From Schmidtea polychroa (lineage: Eukaryota), in NCBI GenBank assembly GCA_044892525.1, contig CM097885.1:40860001-40924000 (forward strand): a DNA stretch of 64,000 bases. Reading direction: 5' to 3'. The position numbers were made by a program, and so were the translations under genes. The notes under the pieces were generated by a model, which was given only the letters and a program-made list of their open reading frames with translations, made no database searches and was not told the origin of the DNA. Shown here in pieces: positions 1 through 12,353 of the stretch (the stretch's first letter is position 1; every line of letters starts with the position of its first letter).

Positions 1-90
1 AATTTCTTTGTTAATGTTTTGTCTTGAATATTTGTGACCTTTACCTTTGTGACCTTTACCTTTGTGAGCAGTACCCATAATAATAATAAT

Positions 91-136
<46 letters not shown>

Positions 137-440
137 TTAGAAAATATGTGTTTTATTACATTGTTTAATAATATCATTGTACCCTTGCGAGTTGTTGAGC
201 GTGACCAGTACCCTTGTGAGCAGTACCCATAAGGGGACAGAATATTTTGTCGGATAGACTCGGAGTATATAGATTAATAATACTAATATATCAATAGCTA
301 TCGATGAGAACACTAACTTGTTGCGTGTGTGGACATTAATAATATTTTTTATACCTTGTGTGTGACAGAATATCTTGTCTGATAGACTATATTGTGTGTA
401 ATAATAATTTTATCAACTTAACGGTCAAAATAAGTTTTTT

Positions 441-570
441 AAAATACCGCAACGTAATATATTTAATAATTAAAATATAATAAATTTCAAAATACCGCAA
501 CGTAATATAAATTTCAAAATACCGCAACGTAATATAAATTTTAAAATACCGCAACGTAATATAAATTTTT
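441..570 (+). repeat. 27-bp repeat AAAATACCGCAACGTAATATAAATTT (4 copies)
   Basis: Cores at 443, 491, 518, 545; one reverse-complement copy at ~13361-13390. Confidence 0.9.
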
Positions 571-715
571 AAAAAAAATTTTTAAAAAAATTTAAAAAAA
601 AAGAAAAAACATACCCCTCCCCCAGGGGTATGACGCCATATGTCTTTGTGACGTCATCGATGACGTCACATGTCTTTGTTCCCGGGTCCACACAATACCC
701 TAATAATAATACCGA

Positions 716-755
<40 letters not shown>

Positions 756-1565
756 TCCTAAATATGTTAAGAAATTGACCTAACCTATTCTTAAAATTCT
801 TCAAAGTCGTATTTCAAAAACGTTAAATCTAAAGGCTTCTTATAAAAATAATATTTAAGCTAAGTATCAAAATAAAATACGATCAGTTTTTACTTTCTAC
901 TTCTCTTGTGAATTCTGAATCACAACTTAAGTGAAAGAATTTCTATCTCGAATTCCCTTATCTTCGGTTTTTCCTTTTCTCATCGGGAACAGTCTATTAA
1001 TTTCTTCTGAAATTCTAGGAGTTAATCCTCTTAAAATGAGTTGTTTCTCCTTCTGATATACTATGGGTTCGTTCAGGTATAGTTAATTTTTCTTGTATTT
1101 TTAGTGGTTTCTGTCCGAAAATATTTTGTTGATTCTGTAGTTGATTACTTTTCTAATCTTCTCCGAAATATTGTTAAATGGGTTCAGTAGTTATTATTTC
1201 TGCATACTTAGTTATTTTCCTTTAAAAATGTTTTACTTCAGTTGACTTTTTATGGGTTTCTTGAGCATAATTTTAATTTTAAACTTATTTTAATTTCAAT
1301 ATTATTCTCACCTAATTTTAATTTAATTTAATTTAATTTAATTGTTTTTAATATTTTAATATTTAATTTTAATTTAATATAACTTAAATTTATTTTAATA
1401 TTATCAAAATATTATGAAAATATTTTTATTTATCCAATATTAATTGAATAAATACAATATTAATATTTTTCTATATTTATTTCCTTAAAATGTATATAAG
1501 GAATAAAATAAAAAAAATAATAATATTTTGTTTAAATATCTAATTTATTCTTATTATTATTAATC

Positions 1566-2618
1566 ATGACTAAATTTACAATTGAAAGAAAAAAACTCGT
1601 TGTTGTTTTAATCGGATTGCCAGCAAGAGGTAAATCATACGTTTCGAAAAAACTTTGTAAATATTTCAACTGGTTGAATATTTCTGCACAAATTTTCAAT
1701 GTTGGTAACTACAGACGAGAACTTGAAGGAGAGTACACGGGAAATAATTTTTTCGATGGAAACAATGGCGATGCTCAAAAGATTCGTAAATTGTCTGCCG
1801 ACTCAGCAATGAATGACATGATTGATTGGTTAGAAAACCATGACGGAAATATCGCGTTTTACGACGCAACTAACACGACCCGTGAAAGACGTCATTGGAT
1901 TGAAATGTCCGTCAGTCAACATCAAATCGACATTTTGTATCTAGAAATTATATGTGATGATCAAGATACGATCAATGAAAATATTGAAAAAGTCAAATTA
2001 TTCACAAGAGATTATTTACATTGTTCAAAAGATGAAGCCATTCAAGATTTCAAGTCAAGAATTGAACATTATGCAACAGTTTATGAACCCGTCGATGGAG
2101 AATTCGATAAAAGCACCTCATTTATTCGAATTTTCAACAAAGGATCACGATTTGAAATCAATAAAATCGATTCCATTTTGAAACAAGAGATTTTCAATTT
2201 CATAAAATCGATTCGGTTGATAAATCGGTCAATATATTTGTTTACTGACATTTCCAATGAACTCCAGGACGTTTTGACTACACCGAGGGCCAACCATGTC
2301 AAATTGGATCTCAATGATGCTAATGAGCTATCAATGTCTGGAACGATAGCGATTGAGAAAAATGAAGAACAAATAAAGGATTTCAAACGTTTGCAGATGA
2401 ATGAGAGCTCGGATGAAATGTTGATCCAGTTGATCCCGATTATATTAGAATCTGAAAAGCACGAATATATGTCAATATTTACTTCGGAAAGAATTTCTAA
2501 GGATTTATTAAAATATTTTCATAATGAAATCATTCATGAAGAAACTTTGAGTCGGTCGACTATCCTGATCAACTGCTGCAGCAACAAGCCAACATATAAT
2601 ATTCATATAGTCCGCTAA
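1566..2618 (+). CDS. PFKFB: 6-phosphofructo-2-kinase (PFKFB/PFK-2 family), copy 1; degenerate C-terminal phosphatase domain
   Basis: Intact 350-aa ORF with Walker A GLPARGKS, FNVGNYRR, DATNTTRERR and DFxxRIxxY motifs typical of the 6PF2K domain. Confidence 0.93.
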   Translation: MTKFTIERKKLVVVLIGLPARGKSYVSKKLCKYFNWLNISAQIFNVGNYRRELEGEYTGNNFFDGNNGDAQKIRKLSADSAMNDMIDWLENHDGNIAFYDATNTTRERRHWIEMSVSQHQIDILYLEIICDDQDTINENIEKVKLFTRDYLHCSKDEAIQDFKSRIEHYATVYEPVDGEFDKSTSFIRIFNKGSRFEINKIDSILKQEIFNFIKSIRLINRSIYLFTDISNELQDVLTTPRANHVKLDLNDANELSMSGTIAIEKNEEQIKDFKRLQMNESSDEMLIQLIPIILESEKHEYMSIFTSERISKDLLKYFHNEIIHEETLSRSTILINCCSNKPTYNIHIVR

Positions 2619-5600
2619 TTACTTTCATTAGAAAATAGTTTTATTTTATTTATTTTTTGACTGAATAAATTTATCTATTTAAATTATTCTCTTTATTTTA
2701 CTTTATATTTTATTTTAAATAAGTTCAATTAGGTATATTATTAGGTATTTTTTTATTTTATGTATTTTATATACAGTGTCATGAAATGAAGCGGACGATC
2801 AACATTTTTATGAAAGATTTCTGTGTTCGAAAAACAATCAAATGTTTTAAAAACGAACTTAAACGAACAGTTTTTCACGGTTTTTAATATATAGAAAAAC
2901 TAAACAAACATACATTTCATATTTTTTGGTAATATTTTAATTAATTTATGAAAATTATTAATTATCTAAACATTCAATTGTATATGTTTATAATATAATA
3001 ATAAAGTTAATTTGATAATAATGGAGACTTACAATCACTACAGGCATAACCATCAAAATTACGTATTTTGATAACACTAAACACCTTTAAAATAAATAAA
3101 ACTATATACTCAAAAACTATATAAAATTATAGCAAATTAATAAATGAATTGCAAAAAAATTGCAACTTATTATTTAATCAAATAGCACAAAAATTAATAA
3201 ATAATGACACAGAATTGCAATAAAAAGAAATTAAATATTTTTAAAATTTTTATTGTTTTAGTTGATGATAACATAAAAGTCTTAGTTTTGTTTTAGTAAA
3301 ATATTATGTCATTTTTAAGATGTTGTTCTAATCGATGATTACGTCATTAATTTTAAAATTTCATTTTTAGTACACCTTTTTGAATTTACTCATCATTTTA
3401 AATAACTTGAAATATTTGAAATATTTTTATCCAAACAACACATGCTAATAAATTTAAAAAAATTTTGTCTTTAAAAATATTTAACCAATTACGCAATAGT
3501 ATATATTCTTTATATTATCTTTGAAACAACTATGTTTAACCTATTATATAAGAAGTTAGGTATAGTTGCATCATTTGCATTTTTATGTTAATAATATTAT
3601 TTTAGAAATAATAATAATATCTTAAAATATTTTTATTAAAGTGATAATTTTTATGAAATAATTTTAAATAAATTCAATTAATATATCTCCATCTTTTATA
3701 TGCCACTTCACAGTATTTAGCTCCCATAATCCATTAATGAATAATTTTACCATTTATTTGCACCCATTTGAATTATTAATTTATCATCTAGTAATGAATA
3801 ATATCCTCACTTTAATGAAGATTCTTACCACCTGAGAATAATATTGTTAATTTTATCAAAGTTTAAAGAATAAGAATTTTTATCAAAATTTGTGATAATT
3901 TGACTGATTCAAAGATAAATTTGATGGAGTTAATTGGTTTTATTATATATACCCTTAGTTTATCCAACAAGATGTTACTGGGCACTGTTCATAAGGGTAC
4001 TGGTCGTAAAGGTACTGGTGTGTTTTAATGATTTTATTTAATCAAATTTTGGTGTTTAAGGCATTCATTGCTTATTTTTTAGAGTTATTGTTAGTTGGAT
4101 TTAGTAAATATTCAAGTGAATTTCTATCATTTTGGTGAATTTTTATCATTTTTCTGAATTTCATGTTGATTGAATGAATATTTAATAATTTAATGTTTTA
4201 ATGGTGATTCTAATAAATTTAATTGATAAATTTAATTAATTTCTTTATAATTAGCGGAATTTTATTGACTTGTTTTTAAATAAAAGTTAGTTTTAATGAC
4301 AGTTAGCTTAATAATCAAGTGAAAGGATTAATTTAAAATTAATTGGTGAGAGATTGGTTAATGTGGGAATCTTTTGATTATTTAAATGGATGATGTTGGT
4401 AAGTGAAATTGCAATACATTAGTCAGTTATGAATCAATAATAATCAGAAATTATATCGTTTTATTAGGTTGTGATGGATGCGCTAAATTAATTTTGATTT
4501 ATGGTTTAGAACAATGTTTTATTAATTTTCTATTAATTATCCAGAGTGTAATTAAGGTAATTGACCAATTTATTTGGTTTTCACAATGAAATATTTGAAA
4601 TCTTTAGAGATAAGTGGGATTGACATCAACTTTAAATTATTTTTATCTTTTTCGGGTGATTTTAATTAGAAATTATATCGGTTGAATATCGGTAAAATAT
4701 GAACATTTGAAGAAATATATTTTATTGGATGGATAAGTTGAATTTTTCAATGCAACTACTCAGTTATATTGTACAGTAATATTTATTTTAAATTTCGAGT
4801 AGAACAAAAATTTAATTATAACTGATTTTATCAATTGTTCAGAGTTAATGATTTTAGAAGATTTTAGTGAAATATGTGTGATTATAGGAATTATAGATAT
4901 AGTTATAGTCATTAAAAGCGGTTTTAAGGAATCTTATTAGTCTGAGGGAATATCAATAAAATATTTATCGATAAAATACTAATCTTTACAGACAGAGATA
5001 TTTCAGGGAAATTTGATTCTTTTTAGATGATTTTTTTTGAGAATTCGCTTGGATATAACAAATGATAGAATATTGTCATTTAAATGAATTTACTGGTTTA
5101 TTAGATGTTATCATTAGTGGGCTTATATCAGTGTCGTTTGGAATTAAATGATAATTATTTTATTGTTGATTGCCTACTTTGATATTTGTAATGAATTTAT
5201 TCTGATTATTTTGAATATATTGAGCAATCAGTCAATCAATTCGAGTACATATATTACTTTTACAAAAATAATTAAAATTAATTTATTTCAATTAATTTAT
5301 TCAATCTAAATAAATTATCTACTAAATCTTATTTCAAAGTTCTTAGAAAATTATTATCTTAGTTGATTTATATTAACTTGAATGATCAGTATTTTTTTTA
5401 TTTACTGGATGATTAATGACTAGAATTTAAAGTTCTTTCTAATCCATTGATTAAATTTTGATATTTATTTATTATGTTTTGAATAATTTAAATTTTTACA
5501 ATAATTTATTCAATTTTTACCAAGGTATTGATGCGTTGAGTTCAAATTATTTTTCATCCAATTTTTCAAGTGAAGAGGATTTTCTTTTAAAGATCTATTT

Positions 5601-6153
5601 GTTAGTACATAGTGGTTGATATTTGTTAGAGTTTAATTGTAGATGATGCTAAGAAGATAGTGTATGTGATGAAGAATATTTTGTATTTAATTACTATTAT
5701 TTTTATGTGTTGCTAGTGGGTTGTCGGTACTTGGTATCTAGTTGATAGCATTTTGTTGATAGTGCTTAGTGCTTGGTATCTGGTTGGTTCCTTGTTGTTG
5801 TTGGCTAGTGAGGATGCATTGTTGGTACGAATCAACAATAACTATTTATTGAATATAAGTTTTACTTTGCAATAATAAGTCAGTAGTAATCAAATAAAAG
5901 AAGAATATTTTGTGAATTAGAATTAAAATTATATGGACTTTTATTGTAATTTAAAATATTTTCAATTCCATCTGGTGTTTTGAAGTGGTTGATAATTATT
6001 CAGTTTTTGATGAAAATCATCATTTTTGTTAAATTTAGACACTTAGAAAAAGTTTTTCTACTGATTCTAATTAAAGATATTTTAAAAAAGCATTTGATAA
6101 AATACGATGAAGAATATTTAGTTGATTGTTAGTAAATGGTACCTAGTTGTAAG

Positions 6154-6712
6154 CAACGCCGTGCTGTAACTTTTGGGGGCCCTGTGCAGAAACTAAAAAT
6201 TTTTTTTTTAAATTTGAATTAATTTTTTATTGATTGTATTTAAAAAAATAATAGCAATTAAAAAGTAATTTTATAAAGTAAATTTGAATGTATGTATATG
6301 TTTTCAAACTATGTTCGTTAACACAAATTTAATTTGAAAAGTGAAAATTACAATTTATTAAATATATAAACGAATCGTTAAACCTAAAATTAAAATAAAA
6401 CTTATTTCTGTTTATAACTTTGAAATAATATTACTTTTCACTAATAAGACGATATAATAAACAAACAGAAGATAACAATTTGAAGCAAAAAACAACTGAA
6501 TTATTAGATATATTTGTTTCAAATTAAATCGTTGCCAACTAGATTTTTTTGAAAGTTAAACGAATTTTGAATTTTCAAATTTTTTTTTCTTTCAATTCGT
6601 AGTAATTTATGGTATTGGAGAAGTTTTTCTAATGTATTTAATATTTGGGGCCCCTCAAAAATAGGGGGCCCAGTGCGATTGCACTTGTTGCACTTGCGAT
6701 AGTACGGCGCTG
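6154..6712. mobile_element. hAT-superfamily MITE, 559 bp
   Basis: Imperfect 12-bp TIRs CAACGCCGTGCT / AGTACGGCGCTG; 8-bp TSD GTTGTAAG (6146-6153) / GGTGTAAG (6713-6720); subterminal GGGGCCC motifs; empty site in all other copies (e.g. 30841-30848). Confidence 0.88.
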
Positions 6713-7149
6713 GGTGTAAGTATTTGGTACTTATTAGTATCTAGTTAAAAATATTTAGTAATTTGTAGTTAGTATCAGATTGTAAATAGTACCAAAATAG
6801 TATCTAGTTGTTAGGTACCTAGTGGTTAACTGTTTGTTTGAAGTACATAGTTGTAAGTATCGAGTTGACATTTTATATTTTGACAAGCATATAAGAAATA
6901 TTTTACTTGCTGGATTAAGAAGAGCTTATTACAAGCAAATACTTGATGAATAAATTTTATCTGTATGTATGTGTTGTTAATACATAGTACTTGGTAGCTG
7001 GTTGTAGATAGCTGGTAATTTTTGGTATGTAATTGTTGGATTATTATTAATATAACTATTATTATTATTATTATCATTATTATTATTATTTTTATTATTA
7101 TCATTGAAATTTGCATTTAAATTTATTTTTAAAAATTATTCCATTAAAA

Positions 7150-8560
7150 TTTGCATTAAAAAATTTCATTTCTCAAAGAAAGTTGGTGGTTATTCAATCT
7201 TTTGATAATAAATTTAAAAATCTTACTTTAATTTACTTATTACATTACTTTAATTTAATAATTTAAAAATTATAACTTTACTTATTTACCTTTAATTTAA
7301 AAATTTGAACCTTAATTTACTTTAATCTAACTTTTTATTTACTAATTTTTCCTTAATATAACTGCCTACTTATTATCATTGAAAATCCATCTAAATTATC
7401 TTTAAAAATTAACTTAAAAAATTATTACATTAAAATTTTACTTTAAATTTGTCTTTGAAAATTTTCATTTAAAATTATCATTGAAAATTAATTCATTAAA
7501 ATTCCCATTAAAAATTACATTTCTCAAAATAGTTGGTGGTTATTCAATATTTTTTGCTAATAAATTTAAAAATTATTACTTTAATTTACTTATTTAAAAA
7601 TTAATTACTTTACTTTTTTAACTTTATTTTAATTTTCAGACCATTGCTTACTTAATAAAATATTTGGGCCTTAATTTACTTTAATTTAACCTTTGTTTAC
7701 CAAATATTACTGTAATTTACTTATTTATCCTTAATTTACCTATTTATTCTTGTATTACTTAATTTAACATTTTACAACATAATTTACTTAACAACCGAAT
7801 ATAACCATTATTTACATATTCAACCAATAATTTCATGTAGTGAATGATTAATTGACAAAGATTTGCATCTAAAATTGACACTGAAAATTATATCATAAAT
7901 ATTTTCATTTAAATTTGACTTAAAAATTTTTCCATTTGAATTTTCATTAAAAAATTTCATTTACCAAAAGTTTGTGGTTATTCAACGTTTTTGTTAATAA
8001 ATTTAAAAATCTTACTTTAATTTACTTTTTACATTAATTTACTTTTATTTTTAAATTTTTATTTTAATTTACTTAATGTAAAAATATTACTTTAACTTTA
8101 AAATTTTAGATTACTTAATTAAAAGATTTTAACCTTTATTTACTTTATTACCTTAATTTACCTATTTATTCTTGTATTACATAATTTATCATTTCACACC
8201 ATAACTTGCTTAACAACCAAATATAACCCTTATTTACATATTTAATCAATAATTTCATGTGGTTATTGATTAATTCACAAAGATTTGCATCAAAAATTAA
8301 CATTGAAAAATATCTTAAAAAATTATTTCATAAAAATTTCCATTAAAAAATGTCATTTCTCAAAGAAAGTTGGTGGTTATTCAATCTTTTGATAATTAAT
8401 TTAAATATTCTTACTTTAATTTAATTATTTAACTATAATTTAAAATCTTAGACCATTGATTATTTAATTTAAAAATTTGAACCTTAATTTATTTATTTGA
8501 ACCCTTTGATTACTTTAATTTACAAATTTAGACCTTAATTTAATTTAATTTTAAATTTGA
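7150..8560 (+). repeat. Degenerate ~350-440-bp tandem repeat (4 units) within the 8.46-kb unit
   Basis: CATTTCTCAAA..AGTTGGTGGTTATTCAA..AATAAATTTAAAAA recurs near 7167, 7519, 7958, 8354. Confidence 0.75.
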
Positions 8561-9062
8561 GTCCATATTTTACTACAATTCAATTTTTAGGCCCATAATT
8601 TACTTAAATTTAATTATATGACACCTTTGATTAATTTAAAAATTTAAAAATTCAAAATTTTCGCCCATAATTTACTTAATTTAACCCCTATTTTACTTTA
8701 ATTTAAAATTTTAGAACATATTTTACCTATTTACCATGCTTTTATTTGAAGACTCAATTTTTGTATTGAAAATCCCAGGACCATCGATAACCCCTTACTA
8801 TAGTCAGAGAAATCCTGACTTTTTTTCTATAGGCCCCTTTATCTCTATTGAAAATAATATGAGTGGTCCATTGCCGCAATGGCCTTTTTTCTATAGGCAC
8901 CTTTAATTTTATTGAAAAAAATATGAGTGACTTCCTGCAACAATTGCGTGATCAAAAAATTAAAAGAAAACGAGTTGCCGCTAATTTTTTCTAGTGGAGG
9001 GGAGGGGAGGAGGGTCACTGTGGCAGGGACTACTAACTACGTACTTAAGTCATACATATTCA

Positions 9063-9297
<235 letters not shown>

Positions 9298-10519
9298 GTA
9301 ATCAAATAACCATTTCTCATGATGTATTCCATAATCAATATGGTTGTTCACTATAACCTGAAATCTATATAATATTTAAATAAAAACAATGTCATAATAA
9401 AATTGAATGTTCCATCCTTAAATTTTGAAAACAGTATGAATTCCCTATATTTTAATAAGTGAATTAAATAATGTAAATTTGGTGAATGGTTCAATATAAA
9501 TTGAATTTTGTTTGAAAGTAGAATTTGAGAAGATGACAAATTTCATTCATTCCTTATTTCATATTCTGTTAGACCCATCAATGATACCTTTTTAAAAGAA
9601 GGTATTACTTTATTAAACGAAAAATAATTTTAATTAATAAATAATGGAGTCTTTGGATTATAAATAAAATTGAATATATAATTTTTATTATAACGAAATA
9701 TTGGTAAATAAGTAGATTTACTTGTCATGTTTTTATTGCGACACCCCAGTCTTTATTAATTAAAACTTGCACAGTTTGTAATGAAAATATCGATGATAAA
9801 TGATTTTTCTATAGCATTAATTACTATTTTGAAAGATGATGATGTTATTAATAGTAATAACTGTAATCATAGAAATAGACCGTGTCATTATAATACTTCC
9901 GACTTAAAATATAATAGTTGTAATGATAAGCATAATAATGAAATTACCTCAATGATAAAAATAGTGAAATAATAATAATAATAATAATAATAAATTCCTA
10001 AATATGTTAAGAAATTGACCTAACCTATTCTTAAAATTCTTCAAAGTCGTATTTCAAAAACGTTAAATCTAAAGGCTTCTTATAAAAATAATATTTAAGC
10101 TAAGTATCAAAATAAAATACGATCAGTTTTTACTTTCTACTTCTCTTGTGAATTCTGAATCACAACTTAAGTGAAAGAATTTCTATCTCGAATTCCCTTA
10201 TCTTCGGTTTTTCCTTTTCTCATCGGGAACAGTCTATTAATTTCTTCTGAAATTCTAGGAGTTAATCCTCTTAAAATGAGTTGTTTCTCCTTCTGATATA
10301 CTATGGGTTCGTTCAGGTATAGTTAATTTTTCTTGTATTTTTAGTGGTTTCTGTCCGAAAATATTTTGTTGATTCTGTAGTTGATTACTTTTCTAATCTT
10401 CTCCGAAAAGTAGTATGATGTGAGCTCCCCAGATCAGGAGCTCCCCGCGCCACATATACCCCCTCCCCCCCCCCCCCCCGGGAAAAAAAAATTTTTTTTT
10501 TAATTTTTTGTTTTAATTA

Positions 10520-11545
10520 ATTGGCCTGGCGGGCTCACACTTTTTTTCATCCCAAAAATTAATGTTCCCACCAACGGATTTTATTGGACGATACCTCATT
10601 TTAAAGCCCAATGCAAGACCTTTCGATTGATTCATAGAAGGTATCATCATCATTATTATTGACAAAGTTATTAACAATTGATGACCACCATCTTTTCAAC
10701 GTTAAATTATTATTATTATTCAAAATATTATTAATTGGCCGGGCGGTGACATACTTTTTCTCATCCCAAAAATTAATGTTCCCACCAACGGATTTTATTG
10801 GACGATACCTCATTTTAAAGCCCAATGCAAGACCTTTCGATTGATTCATAGAAGGTATCATCATCATTATTATTGACAAAGTTATTAACAATTGATGACC
10901 ACCATCTTTTCAACGTTAAATTATTATTATTATTCAAAATATTATTAATTGGCCGGGCGGTGACATACTTTTTCTCATCCCAAAAATTAATGTTCCCACC
11001 AACGGATTTTATTGGACGATACCTCATCTTAAAGCCCAGTCCAAGACCTTTCGAATGAGCTATAGGTATCATATATATCTTTAATAGTTTTAATGTTATT
11101 AACAATTGATGACCACCATCTTTTCAACGTTAAATTATTATTATTTTCCAAAATATTATTAATTGGCCTGGCGGGCTCACACTTTTTTTCATCCCAAAAA
11201 TTAATGTTCCCACCAACGGATTTTATTGGACGATACCTCATCTTAAAGCCCAGTCCAAGACCTTTCGATTGATCCATAGAAGGTATCATCATCATTAATA
11301 TTGACAAAGTTATTAACAATTGATGACCACCATCTTTTCAACGTTAAATTATTATTATTATTCAAAATATTATTAATTGGCCGGGCGGGGACATACTTTT
11401 TCTCATCCCAAAAATTAATGTTCCCATTATCCGAATTTATTAATCGATAGCTTATTTTGAAGCGTAGTCTAAGACCTTTCAATTGAGCCATAGAAGGTAT
11501 CATCATCATTAACATCGGCAAAGTTATTAAAGTTTTACCGAGACC
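10520..11545. repeat. Subterminal 214-bp tandem repeat (~5 copies; one more at ~11745-12015)
   Basis: 214-bp periodicity (repeat-derived ORFs at 10601, 10815, 11029, 11243). Confidence 0.92.
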
Positions 11546-11550
11546 ATTTT

Positions 11551-11713
11551 TCAAGGTCATTTATTTTTCAAAATATTATTTTCAAGGTCAAGGTCAAGGT
11601 CATTTATTTTTTTCAAGGTCATTTATTTTTTTTCAAGGTCATTTATTTTTTCAAGGTCATTTATTTTTTCAAGGTCATTTATTTTTTCAAGGTCATTTAT
11701 TTTTTCAAGGTCA
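11551..11713 (+). repeat. ~18-bp minisatellite (TTTTTTCAAGGTCATTTA)n; also ~12114-12274, ~12698-12929 and mirrored at ~24591-24786, ~25382-25545
   Basis: Directly visible tandem copies with a constant TCAAGGTCA core. Confidence 0.92.
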
Positions 11714-12313
11714 TATTTTAAAATTTAAATGTACAGAGTTCCCGACAACGATAATTATTCAACGATAGCTCATTTTAAAGCCCAATGCAAGACCTTTCGA
11801 TTGATTCATAGAAGGTATCATCATCATTATTTGTGACAAAGTTATTAACAATTGATGACCACCATCTTTTCAACGTTAAATTATTATTATTATTCAAAAT
11901 ATTATTAATTGGCCGGGCGGTGACATACTTTTTTTCATCCCAAAAATTGATGTTCCCACCAACGGATTTTATTGGACGATACCTCATCTTAAAGCTCAGT
12001 CCAAGACCTTTCTAATGAGATATAGATTTCTATCATACAATGACTCATCACATTTTTAGAACAAAGACAATGACTCATTCGTTGTCTCATCATATTTTTA
12101 GAACGATGACTCATCAAGGTCAAGGTCAAATTTTTAATAAAAGGTCAAGGTCATTTATTATTTTCAAGGTCATTTATTTTTTCAAGGTCATTTATTTTTT
12201 CAAGGTCATTTAATTTTTAAATAAAAGGTCAAGGTCATTTATTATTTTCAAGGTCATTTATTTTTTCAAGGTCATTTATTATTATTTTTTTTTTTAAGTT
12301 TTTAGTTTCTAAG

Positions 12314-12353
<40 letters not shown>

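Noticed and set aside
441..570. CRISPR-like appearance of the 27-bp and 18-bp repeats
   Set aside because: No unique spacers, no cas genes, eukaryotic context
1954..2386. Short ORFs overlapping PFKFB (same at 27047-27479, 56337-56769)
   Set aside because: Alternative-frame and antisense shadows of the real gene
6826..7116. 96-aa MQISMIII... ORF repeated nine times
   Set aside because: Low-complexity ATA-derived start; recurrence is explained by the duplications
10401..10408. Alternative 8-bp TSD CTCCGAAA (hAT-like) for the large insertion
   Set aside because: The right-hand CT is needed to complete the inverted terminus ACTACT, so symmetric ends give a 6-bp TSD
10601..11987. Recurrent 60-105-aa ORFs (MRYRPIKSVGG..., MTKLLTIDD...) and their mirrors at 25004-26067
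   Set aside because: By-products of the 214-bp repeat, which is not a multiple of 3; overlapping frames on both strands and no recognisable domain
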